Shown piece after piece: positions 52,544 through 64,000 of a DNA stretch of 64,000 nt (positions are counted from its first letter, which is position 1; every line of letters starts with the position of its first letter). This DNA comes from Mytilus trossulus (lineage: Eukaryota): the NCBI RefSeq assembly GCF_036588685.1, contig NC_086377.1, positions 2,356,001 to 2,420,000 on the forward strand. Reading direction: 5' to 3'. Made by a program: the position numbers and the translations under genes. The notes under the pieces were generated by a model that was not told the DNA's origin, searched no databases, and worked only from the letters and a program-made list of their open reading frames with translations.

Positions 52544-53712
52544 GGGCATACCGTCCAGTGTTGGATCCTGTATTTACAAGTTCGTGAAAATTTGCATATA
52601 GGCTATTTTTTACCTGATTAAATCAAATATGTAATAAAAAATATACCTTCATGTGCTACTTTTTGAGAAAAATGAGGTCGAAATTTTGTATATTTGCTCA
52701 AAATTCAGATATGTCACAATGTGGCCGTATTTTCTTTTTTCGAAAAAAAGAAATAATTTTTATAAAAGATAAACTCAAATTGTTTTTTGTTAAAGTCATA
52801 TGAAACGAGTGAGTGGTGAAAAATAATGTTTGTCCAATTCTTGAACCAATGGATGTATACATTCATAAACTTAGTCCTATGTGCACGATTTTATCATTAT
52901 TTTCGCAAATATATCATATAATCGCCAATTTTTTTCTCTCTCTGTTATGATTGAACAAATATGGCTGCTCATTTAATGCCGTGATTTGAAGCAGAGTTTA
53001 ACCGATTGTCACCTTATAGTAAACAAATCACAAAAAGCATTGGTATTGAGCATGTGTTTAACATGTATAATCAGATATTTGTTTATTTCAATGACAGATC
53101 CATGCGTATTGTGGTCACCGGATTTTTACGAGGAGGGTTACGCTTGGGTCACTTATAATGCATACGGAAAATATGTCGGCAAATTGCTTGCTGGCAGCAA
53201 GCAATTAAAAATAAGTACTCTTCTTCTAAATGTGGACAAATTAAAAAATTTAAAAGTATATGTACATAAGTTGTTTAAAGAAAACTAACCATTTAGTTAT
53301 AAAAAACATATGCAGATTTTTTTTATTTGAGGTTTCTTATGACTTTAAATAATCGGTAATTTCTGTATTTTATAAGTATCCTAAAAAATTATGCATTTTT
53401 TATTCCGAAATAACTCGTATTTATCAAATGTTCATGAATTGAGGAAAAATATGTCATTTTTGGCTTTATGTTTATCAAAATTTAAAAAAATCCTAAATTT
53501 GGGTCACATAATCTCCCTGCAAATTGAAAGTCAAACAAATTGCTGTTTTGAAAAATGGGGTTCCATGAACTCGTTTTCAAATAAATTCAGTTTGAATGAT
53601 AAAAATCAGTCGAAAAATGCATTTTTCCCTGGTATGTTAAAGTTTGATGTCGCAAAAATAACATTTTGCATTAGCAACGTCATTACCTCCTCTGTAACTG
53701 TATCGTATGCCC
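52544..53712. mobile_element. Non-autonomous TIR element with TTAA TSD (Kolobok-type)
   Basis: ttaa|gggcataccgtccagt ... actgtatcgtatgccc|ttaa. Confidence 0.8.
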
Positions 53713-55556
53713 TTAAAAGCTAACCTAGACCTATAAATGAATGATTATAGCCATCACTTGATGTCATCTAAACAAATAACATATAGATGGAGAGAAATTT
53801 TAGTTTAAGTCGCAAAAATGAACAACAAGAAAAGATCATCAAATAAGTATCATGAATGGTTGAAATTGTCAGTCAACTCCTAATTATTTAATAAATTAGC
53901 CACAGAGTTTTTTGTAAGGTCTAGTTTTAATTAGGATTTTATTGTAGATAAAGGAGATAAATTTCCTCTGTTGACAAAAAAATGGTTGAGGAGTCGGAAA
54001 GTTTGACTGAAGATTAAGGATATCAAATGAAGGTAAACATAAACTTAAAGTAATGTTTATATTTGTATTAATACATGTACCTCGAGTATGCATCAAAGAT
54101 GTATTGGGTAAGATGGTAATAACTGTATGTGAAACAATAAAATTTGTTTAAAGTGGGCAGTACATGTATATTAAAACATACCATCAACATTAGCACAACT
54201 AAAAATGCAATCATAAAAGCATCTGCAAAGTTTCATAGAAATCTGTGAAAGTATGACACAGTATCCATGGTATCAGTTATTTGATGTCCATGTCATTCAA
54301 GGTGGATATTGTGTCATTGGCAATAGACAAATTTCCTATTTACATGTACCCACTTTAATCGGAACAAATTTGAGGGAAGTTAACTGTTTAATGCATATGC
54401 CATTATGTTTTCTATACATGACTAAATCATCAGAAAACAGTAAACCTTCCCCCAAAATTGCACCATTTATATTTTTGAATTTACTTCTTTCGGGTGTTTG
54501 TAGTGACAGAGTACTAGGATGTCTTACCACAGAGACGGTATTAAAACCTGTTGAAAAAAATAGAATCCTAGTCAAAAGTTGATAATGTGAAAATAGACTG
54601 TTATACCACATCATCTTATTGTCGAGCCTGCAACTTTTGTTGCAGAAAGCTCGACATATATATAATGTTCTGGGGGCCAGCAGAGGAGTTAGCTGAATTT
54701 TTAAAAGCTTTATATTTTAGAAGGATGAAGACCTGGATGCTTCATACTTTGAATATATACCAAGATGCCTCAGGTTACCAAGTTTCTCTCAGTCACATGT
54801 CCAATGTCCTTGACCTAATTTTCATGGTTGAGTGTCTACTTGAAAAAAAAGTTAAGATTTTTATACGACTGCAAAAATTTAAAATTTTGGTTGTATATTG
54901 GTATGAGGTTGGCGTCATTGTCGTTGTCATCCGAAGACATTTGGTTTTCACACTATAACTAGTATAAGTAAATAGAAACCTATGAAATTTGAACACAAGG
55001 TTAAAGACTAGAAAAGGAAGTTTCAAATTGATTTTGGGAGTTTTGGTCCCAACAGATTAGGAGTAAGGGGCCAAAAAGGGCCCAAATAAGCATTTTTCTT
55101 GGTTTTTGCACAATAACTTTAATAGTATAAGTGAATAGAAATCTATGAAATTTTAACACAAAGTTTATGACCACAAAAGGAGGGTTGTTATTGATTTTGG
55201 GAGTTTTGGTCCCAAACAGTTAAGGAATTAGGGTCCAAAGGGTCCAAAATAAAACTTTGTTTGAGTTGATCAAAAAATGAATTATTTGGGTTCTTGTATA
55301 TATGTCAAATCTAACCGTATATTTAGGGTGCAATCAACAGTTTTTTTCTATGACGTTATATTTTGAGGGACCATCTATAATTGACCCTTAGTGGTGTTAA
55401 TGTTAATGAAGATACTTGTTTAAAACTAGATATCATTAGAATTAGAATTTTCTTTAGTTTATAATGAAATAAAAATAAATTGTACTTTTAATAGTACCAA
55501 AAAGTTTTATCCAGAGAAAATGGAAAAAACATTGCCTAATCTATGCATAAAAAACA

Positions 55557-56297
55557 CTAGAACACACCCGTGATATCGCGGGTCCGTGACTGAATTAATG
55601 TATATTACTATGCGCAAGCCTTATTTTAGTATTAGTATTGTCATCTGTTAAAGTCATGCCGATTATAAGATACACAGTTTTCTCTGCTTTCAAATCTTTC
55701 TGTTTGAACCCGTCGAACTGGAACTTATCAATTATAGGTAATATTAATTATTTGGAAAACAAAAGGTCCTGGAATGGAGTATTTTTTAATCAACAGCATT
55801 GTCCTATATTAGTTATAAATAAAATTGAATTCTTTGATTCGCTGTTTTACGTCATGCCCGCTAACAAATTGAAAACTGTACCTATACGCCTTATTTTTAG
55901 TCCAGATTTTTAGTATTCGTATTCTTATCTTAGAAAGACTTACTGATTAAATGATTAAAATTAGTAGTGTCAACCCTGTGATTATGACCCGTGTATATAG
56001 CATATTAATCCTAAATACACCGTTTGGTGGTGCGCCTGTCAGGTGCGGAACGTTCAGATAAGGTAATAGGTAACAGGTGAATATACTATTGGTATCGGTA
56101 TCGGTATCGGACTCGACCCGGAACTTCTTAATTATTGGCAATATTAATTACGTGGAAAACAAAAGGGCCTGGAGTGGTGTAATTTTTAATCTACAGCTTT
56201 GTACTATATTACTTATATATAAAGTTAAATTCTTTGATTCGTCGTTTTTACGTGATGACGGCTGACAAATTGGACCTCGTAATTTTAGTATTATAGA
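55557..56297 (-). mobile_element. Non-autonomous Helitron
   Basis: The minus strand starts a|TCtataatactaaa and ends with the hairpin cccgcgatatcacggg followed by tgtgttCTAG|t, i.e. insertion between A and T with no TSD. Confidence 0.85.
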
Positions 56298-57875
56298 TGA
56301 AATCAGGCCATGTGCACACCCATGCAGACATGATACATGCACATTTTTCATATTCAAAACAGTATGAATTTCATAGGTTTTTACCTGGTCTTTTAAAAAT
56401 TTATGCTTCAGGCTACGTTCGTCTGCTTCGAAAAGAGATACAGTGGGTGCAAATAAGTTTTGCACTTTTCACTGACAAAAAAACAGGATGTTTACAGTTT
56501 GTCTCCCCTTAAAACATGTGTATTTAATCTAATTTTTAAAAATTATTTTAATCATTCAACCTGTTTTAATTGAAGCTAATTAACTTAATTTTACAATTAA
56601 ATATAAAAAACATGATACTTTTTTACCAATTATGTTGATAAAAAAGGACTTCCCTCCAAGTCTATTTTTAGTTGGGGGAATTACCCCTAGTTTTTTATAT
56701 GAAACTGTTTATAGCACCCTTAGATTTTTAATTTTTGGTCCCGTTTTCAAATTGGTCTACATTAAGGTACAAATGGTCCAAAATTAAACTTTGTTTGATT
56801 TTAACAAAAGTTGAATTCTTGGACTTCTTTGATGCTGAATCTAAACATGTACTTAGATTTTTGATTATGGACTGTTGGTCCAAATCGGGGTTCAAATTAA
56901 ACTTTGTTTGATTTCAACAAAAATGGGGTTCTTTAATATGCTGAATCTAACCGTGTATTTAGATTTTTAATATTTGGGCCCAGTTATCAAATTGATCCAC
57001 ATTGACATGCTTGAGGTCTAAAGGGTCTAAAATTGCACATTATTTGATTTCATCAAAAATTGAATTCTTGGGGTTCTATGATCATGATGATATGCTGAAT
57101 CTAACCATGTATTTATATTTTGGATATTTGACCATAATAGGTAAATGTCCAATTTAAAATTTATAAGTTTTTTTCTTGCCTTGACGGGGTAAAAAAATGA
57201 GACATAGGTATGGTGTTCCCCGCAGCGGCAGCATCAACTATGTATTAGTTTGTGATTAGGTCAATTTATGGTGAACCACTAGTGGTAGGTGAATGATATT
57301 TGGTATGCAGTTGTATAAGCATTGGCATATCTCATTTTCATGGTCTATAGACTTTAATAATTTTGCTAAGTTAATATGTATTAGTTTGTGATGAAGGTCA
57401 GTTCAAGGGGAACCATTAGTGGTAGGCCAATGTTAATTGGTGTTCAGTTTTATAAATATTAGCACATCTCATTTCCATGGAGAATATTTGGCCCTGCCCC
57501 CTCAGTCATGGTCTATTGACTTTGGAACTTTTGCTTAGTTTACATGTATTAGTTTGTGATAATATCAGTTTAAGATGAACTGCTAATGTTAAGTCAATGA
57601 TATTTGGTATGCAAATTTATTGTCATTTGAAAGTGTTGTTTTCATGGAGATTATATAGCTCCACCCCTGATCATGGTTCATTGACTTTGAAACTTTTACA
57701 TAGTTTAAAAGTTAATGTTTGTGTTTAGGTTCGTTTAAAGGGAACTACTTATTATGAGTCAATGGTAATTGGTATGCAGTTGTATTATATTTATCATTGG
57801 CACATCTCATTCCATGGCGATTGTTTAGCGCATGCACCATGTACCTTCAGTCATTGTTCATAGCCCTGAGACTTT

Positions 57876-58080
57876 GAATATTTGCATAACTTACATGTTA
57901 AAATATTGCTATTTAATTTCAACATTGCATTATCAAAATTACATGAATATTTGCATAACTTACATGTTAAAATATTGCTATTTAATTTCAACATTGCATA
58001 ATCAAAATTACATGAATATTTGCATAATTTACATGTTCAAATATTGCTATTTAATTTCAACATTGCATTATCAAAATTAC
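57876..58080. repeat. ~68-bp tandem repeat, 3 copies
   Basis: gaatatttgcataacttacatgttaaaatattgctatttaatttcaacattgcattatcaaaattac repeated three times. Confidence 0.9.
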
Positions 58081-60155
58081 AAAAAGGCGATACATATCTC
58101 TGTGATAACAGTTTATTATAAAGAGTAAGTTCTTAGACCACATTCATTCTGTGTCAGAAACCTATCTTGTGTCAACTATTTAATCACAATCCAAATTCAG
58201 AGCTGTATCAAGCTTAAATGTTGTGTCCATACTTGCCCCAACTGTTTAGGGTTCGACCTACGTGGTCCTATAAAGGCGTGCCCTGCGGAGCATCTGGTTT
58301 GTAAAGTGAAATTCTCTCTTATTATAAGTAATAGGATAACTATATTTGGTATGTGAGTACCTTGCAAGGTCCTCATGGCTGTCATACAGTTTTCACTTGA
58401 CCTCGCCCTCCTTTCATGGATCAGTGAACAAGGTTAAGTTTTGGTGGTCAAGTCCATATCTCAGATACTAAAAGCAATATGTCTAGTATATTTGGTGTAT
58501 GGAGGACTGTAAGGTGTACATGTCCAACTGGCAGGTGTCATCTGACCTTGACCTCATTTCCATGGTTCAGTGATTATAGTTGAGTTTTTGTGGGTTTTTT
58601 TTCTGTTTTTCATATACTATTTGCAATAGGTCTAATATATTTGGTGTATGGAAATAATAACAGAATAATTGTTAGGTGTACATTTCTAGCTGGTATGTGT
58701 CATCTGCCCTTGACCTCATTTTCATGGTCAGTGGTCAAAGTTAAGTTTTTGAGTTTTTGTCTTTTTATCTAATACTATATGCAAAAAGTCTACTGCTATA
58801 ATAACTATATTAGGTGTATGGAGATATATTAGTTGTATGGAAGAATTATTAGTTGTATAGATGTGTGCCTTGTATGGTTCATCTCACCTTGCCTGTCCTT
58901 GGCCTCATTTTCATGGTTTAGTGGTAAATTTTTAGTTTTTTTGGTTAATGTTAAGGTTATGTTTTAATTGTAATAAAGCTTTATTTTAAGGACTACATTA
59001 TATTAAACATTAGAAAGAAGCTACAGATTAATGTTAACTGCAAAAATACTAAAATCCTTTATTAATTAGATCATGTAGATACAGGAAATGAAAATATTTT
59101 GAAATTTTTTATCATAAAAATGGTTATGCTTATATATTCAAGTTTCACTAAATTCCAAGAAGGGTTTCCACAAATAAAAATGACTGATTTTCAAAATGAT
59201 CATCATGTAAAAATGAAGAGATGTGCTAAGATTGCCCATGAAAACTATCTTTATGAACAATGACAGTTCAGTGGTTTGCTTTCAGCCTTTAGCAAAAATA
59301 ATTACCATATATATTGTAATAAGCTATTAAGAAAAGCCCCCCATTGTTAAATGTTAAACAATTAAAAAGTAAAAAACAGCGTCCTGATTTTTATAAGTTT
59401 GAAGAATAAAATTGAGTCATATTATGGTATGATGTTGTTGTTAGCGATGTATGTTGACACATATGGTTTGATAATTATATAGTTAAAGCGAATGGATATC
59501 CATGAAATTTTACACAAGGTTTAATACCAAAAAGGAAGGTTGGGTTGATTTTTGGGGTGATGGTACCATTGTTACAGTTTAGAAATTAGGGGCAAAAAAG
59601 AAGCATTTTTGTAGTTTCCAGACATTAACTTGTGTGCCAGTGTACTAATCTCTCTGAAATTGTTCTTCAAGGTTCCATATCACAAAGGGTAGACTGGAAT
59701 TGTTTAAAGGGGTAATTGCCTCAAACGTTCAGGAAATAGGGGGTCAAAAACAAGCATTTTTCTAATTTCCAGACAATATTTTGTGTTTAAGTGTATGGAT
59801 TTCTTTAAAATTGTACTGCAAAGTACCATACCACAAAGGAAAAGGCTGGGATTAAGTTTTGGGTTAATTACTGAAAGGGGGTTGAAAAAAATTGGGGGAG
59901 GGTTTTTTTTTTTCTCCTCATAATTTTGATAAAAATCCAAATACAGACAGTCTATCAAGCTTGAATATTGTGTCCAAACATGCACCAACTGGTCAAATAA
60001 CAAGGCTGTGCTGCACATAATTTTCTTCATCATATTAATCTGACATGTTAAAATTTTGTACATTATGAAGTTACTAAATTGTTGATTTTGTGTATTTCAG
60101 ATTATTATTGAAAAAAGAGCACTTTGAAGTACTAGGAGAATTTGAAAACATCGTG

Positions 60156-62604
60156 GTGAAATAGTCTGACTGATTATGACAGAACATCAAAAGAAATGAC
60201 GAAAAATTACACATCTTATCAAAATAGTACTACTAGAAACTAAAAGCTACTTGCAGCAATTTTCACTGGTTTTGAGATCAGTAACAGTCTGACAAGGAAA
60301 GAATTTAATGAACATGATTATGATGCCTCTTGATAAATATAAAAACATATTGACTGTAAAATAATTACCAGTTACCAATTATATCTGTTGTTTACAAAAT
60401 TTGTTATTTGGAAATATCTGTTAAATGTTTTGAAATTAAAATGTGTTAACTTAAATGATTTAAGAATTGAAGTCTTTAAATGATACAAAAGCAAGGATAC
60501 ATGGAATGATTGCAATTGAGACAACTACTAGCCCTGCATAATAGGGCACTGATGTAAACAAGTACAGGTTACCTGAAGTCTTCAACAATAAGCAAAAGCC
60601 TTAATTTAAAGATTTGCATGGGCTTATTAAGTCCCAAGATAATGGTATCTACATCATTTGCTGTCAAATTTTTGTTTGTATGTTTCTGATGAAGGTTAAT
60701 TAAAATAAGCCCAGCACACCTAATTTGTGAACTGTTTTCTTTTAATTTCAAAAGAGAAAGCTAATAGACAAATTTAAGCAAAAAACAAAAAAAAAGAAAT
60801 CCATTTAATATGGCAGACAGCAACCAAACACAACCAGTGGACATAATGAACATTTTTTTGAGTGCTCAAACTGCACTATAACATTAGACACAAAAACATC
60901 TTATATAATGCTGGATTACACAAAAGTGTTTAAATTATCTGCTCTTCTCTGGTGTTTAAAAATTGTACAGATTTGGTGTCACAATATCTCTGACAGTAAC
61001 ATGGGTTAGAATTCCTGCATGGGAAGAACAAAAAAATTGCGAAAGCAAACTTACAGATCTTACATTTTTGGGTTGATGATTTGACAACTTGCATGTACAT
61101 GTACAATATATACAAAAGTTAGCTGCTATTGAGACAAAGGCAAAAATCATAGTGCAACAAATAAAATTGAGAAAGGAAATGGTGAATATGTCAAAGCGAC
61201 AACCACCCGACCATAGAGCAAACAACAGCCGAAGGCAACCAATGGGTCTTCAATGTAGCGAGAATTACCGCACCCGTAGGTGTCCTTCAGCTGGCCCCTA
61301 AAATATGCATAATATTACAGTGATAATGGATGTCATACTAAACTCCGAATTATACACAAGAAACTAAAAAGGCCAGAGGCTCCTGACTTGGGACAGGTGC
61401 AAAATTGCGGCGGGGTTAAACATGTTTATGAGATCTCAATCCTCCCCCTATACCTCTAGCCAATGTAGAAAAGTAAAAGAATAACAATACCCACATTAAA
61501 ATTCAGTTCAAGAGAAGTCCGAGTCCCATGTCAAAAGATGTAACAAAAGAAAATAAATAAAATGACAATAATACATAAATAACAACAGACTACTAGCAGT
61601 TAACTGACATGCCAGCTCCAGACCTCAATTAAACTGATTAAACATGTTTATTACAGATATAATAACAATAAACTAAAATAACACTTACCACTTCTAAATG
61701 ATTAGGAACTTTCAGGAACTAATTGCAGCTACTGTCCAGGTTATGTTAAACAAATTTTCAGCTCCAACTGATCTGTTCAGTGAAGAGTTTTTATCATTTA
61801 AATAAAATGTGAACACATTCTAATCTTTTGGCAGACGTGAATATTCTCATGTGGCATTTATACCTATATGCAAGGGTACCTATATCTGGTGGTGATGATA
61901 CACAGTGATAATTAACCATTTTTTTCAGCATTTTGGAGAAAAAATAATTTTGTAAATTTTTCATGTTTTTTTCATTTATTTTATAAGAATTAAATTTTCA
62001 AAGAATTTTTTTTAAATATTTTTTTTTTTTTTTTTAATTTTTTGAAAAATTATTTTTTTTTGAAATATTTTGCATTTATAAATTTTTTAAACTTTAAAGA
62101 AGTTAATTTTAATTGCCTTCGTCCATGCAAGCATGAACTAAGTAAGCCTTGGTTGCCTTCGTCCATGCATGCATGGACTAAGTCTGTTGTGTTAGTCCAT
62201 GCAAGCATGGACTAAGTTAGGGTTAGTTGCGTTAGTGCATGCATGCATGGACTAAGTCTGTTGTGTTAGTCCATGCATGCATGGACTAAGTTAACGTTAG
62301 TTACCTTCGTCCATGCATGCATGGAGTAAGCTTAGTTTCTAAGTTTTCATGTTTACAAATCATGAAAAGGTTTAGCCATACTATCAAGTTTTGCAATTTA
62401 TTTCCTAAGGTAAGTTATAATGCACAATATGTATGTAAAACATAATTAATAGGTTGAATATGAAAAAAAACAACTAAACAGAAAAAAAAGGTAATTACAT
62501 CAAATTAAAAAATAATTGAACTAACACCATGAAATTAAGAGGTAAGAAGAAATGGAGGTTTTCTAGAATTGATGTTGATTTCCAGTTTTATTTAATACCT
62601 TGTT
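60156..62604 (-). repeat. Right inverted arm of the giant element (2.45 kb including a private ~480-bp insertion)
   Basis: Reverse complement of 27078-29078, ending ccagttttatttaataccttgtt|ttaa. Confidence 0.93.
61161..61639. mobile_element. SINE-like insertion present only in the right arm
   Basis: The left arm is contiguous (aaacatgtgttgttgcactatg at ~28061-28082). The right arm has ataaaattgagaaaggaaatgg...ctcaattaaactgatt at the equivalent point. Confidence 0.8.
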
Positions 62605-64000
62605 TTAATTAGAAATAAGATGATGTGATATGGGTGCCAATGAGACAACTAAGTTCCTTTTAAATAAGTTAATCTGATTAATAAGAAACAAGATGATGTG
62701 GTATGGGTGCCAATGAGACAACTAAGTTCTTTTTAAATAAGTCAATCTGATTAATTAGAAATAAGATGATGTGGTATGAGTGCCAATGAGACAACTAAGT
62801 TCCTTTTAAATAAGTTAATCTGATTAATTAGAAATAAGATGATGTGGTATGGGTGCCAATGAGACAACTAAGTTCCTTTTAAATAAGTTAATCTGATTAA
62901 TTAGAAATAGGATGATGTGGTATGGGTGCCAATGAGACAACTAAGTTCCTTTTAAATAAGTTAATCTGATTAATTAGAAATAAGATGATGTGGTATGAGT
63001 GCCAACGAGACAAATATGTTCCTTTTAAATAAGTTAATCTAATTAATTAGAAATAAGATGATGTGGTATGGGTGCCAATGAGACAACTAAGTTCCTTTTA
63101 AATAAGTCAATCTGAATAATTAGAAATAAGATGATGTGGTATGGGTGCCAATAAGACAACTAAGTTCCTTTTAAATAAGTCAATCTGATTAATTAGAAAT
63201 AGGATGATGTGGTATGGGTGCCAATGAGACAACTAAGTTCCTTTTAAATAAGTTAATCTGATTAATTAGAAATAAGATGATGTGGTATGGGTGCCAATGA
63301 GACAACTAAGCTTCTTTTTAAATAAGTTAATCTGATTAATAAGAAATAAGATGATGTGGTATGGGTGCCAATGAGACAACTAAGTTCTTTTTAAATAAGT
63401 CAATCTGATTAATTAGAAATAAGATGATGTGGTATGAGTGCCAACGAGACAACTATGTTCCTTTTAAATAAGTTAATCTAATTAATTAGAAATAAGATGA
63501 TGTGGTATGGGTGCCAATGAGACAACTAAGTTCCTTTTAAATACGTTAATCTGATTAATTAGAAATAAGATGATGTGGTATGGATGCCAATGAGACAACT
63601 AAGTTCCTTTTAAATAAGTAAATCTTATTAATTAGCAATAAGATGATGTGGTATGGGTGTCAATGAGACAACTAAGTTTCTTTTGAATAAGTAAATCTTA
63701 TTAATTAGCAATAAGATGATGTGGTATGGGTGCCAATGAGACAACTAAGTTCCTTTTAAATAAGTTAATCTGATTAATTAGAAAAAAGATGATGTGGTGT
63801 GGGTGCCAATGAGACAACTAAGTTCCTTTTAAATACGTTAATCTGATTCATTAGAAATAGGATGATGTGGTATGGGTGCCAACGAGACAACTAAGTTCCT
63901 TTTAAATAAGTCAATCTGATTAATTAGAAATAAGATGATGTGGTATGGGTGCCACTGAGACAAATAAGTTCCTTTTAAATAATTTAATCTGATTAATAAG
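62605..64000. repeat. 73-bp satellite, ~19 copies, running off the window end
   Basis: The unit is ataagatgatgtggtatgggtgccaatgagacaactaagttccttttaaataagttaatctgattaattagaa, with period 73 (62761 to 62834). Confidence 0.96.

Larger units (their letters stand above)
27078..62604. mobile_element. Candidate giant (~35.5 kb) long-TIR/foldback element with TTAA target-site duplication
   Basis: 27078-29078 is the reverse complement of ~60156-62604. TTAA lies at 27074-27077 and 62605-62608. The flanks rejoin into an intact satellite monomer (tctgaTTAAttagaaat). Confidence 0.8.

Noticed and set aside
27078-62604. Polinton/Maverick, Teratorn or endogenous virus interpretation of the giant element
   Set aside because: No pPolB, integrase, capsid, ATPase or herpesvirus-like ORFs are visible, and the ends lack (AG)n termini and a 6-bp TSD.

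Overview
AT-rich eukaryotic, repeat-dominated DNA with no intact host protein-coding gene that I can support. The interspersed repeats resemble those I associate with bivalve (Mytilus-type) genomes; this is an inference from recall. There are three main structures. (1) An 8.45-kb array of a 63-bp unit (8940-17390) with higher-order periodicity. It is an in-place amplification of 21 codons of a LINE ORF2 whose sequence continues on both sides, so the huge ORFs in the track are artefacts of this array. (2) A ~35.5-kb unit (27078-62604) bounded by ~2-kb inverted arms carrying palindromic subterminal motifs. It is flanked by a TTAA duplication and inserted in register into a 73-bp satellite, making it a candidate giant foldback/Kolobok-like mobile element. 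Its interior is filled with nested MITEs, LINE and Penelope-like fragments, a Helitron and possible decayed exons. (3) Inside that unit, a 5'-truncated hAT-like DDE transposase pseudogene that is split in frame by a 2.7-kb CCC...GGG TIR element with a 2-bp TSD. Several minisatellites (60, 43, ~108, 79, 68 and 73 bp) are also present.
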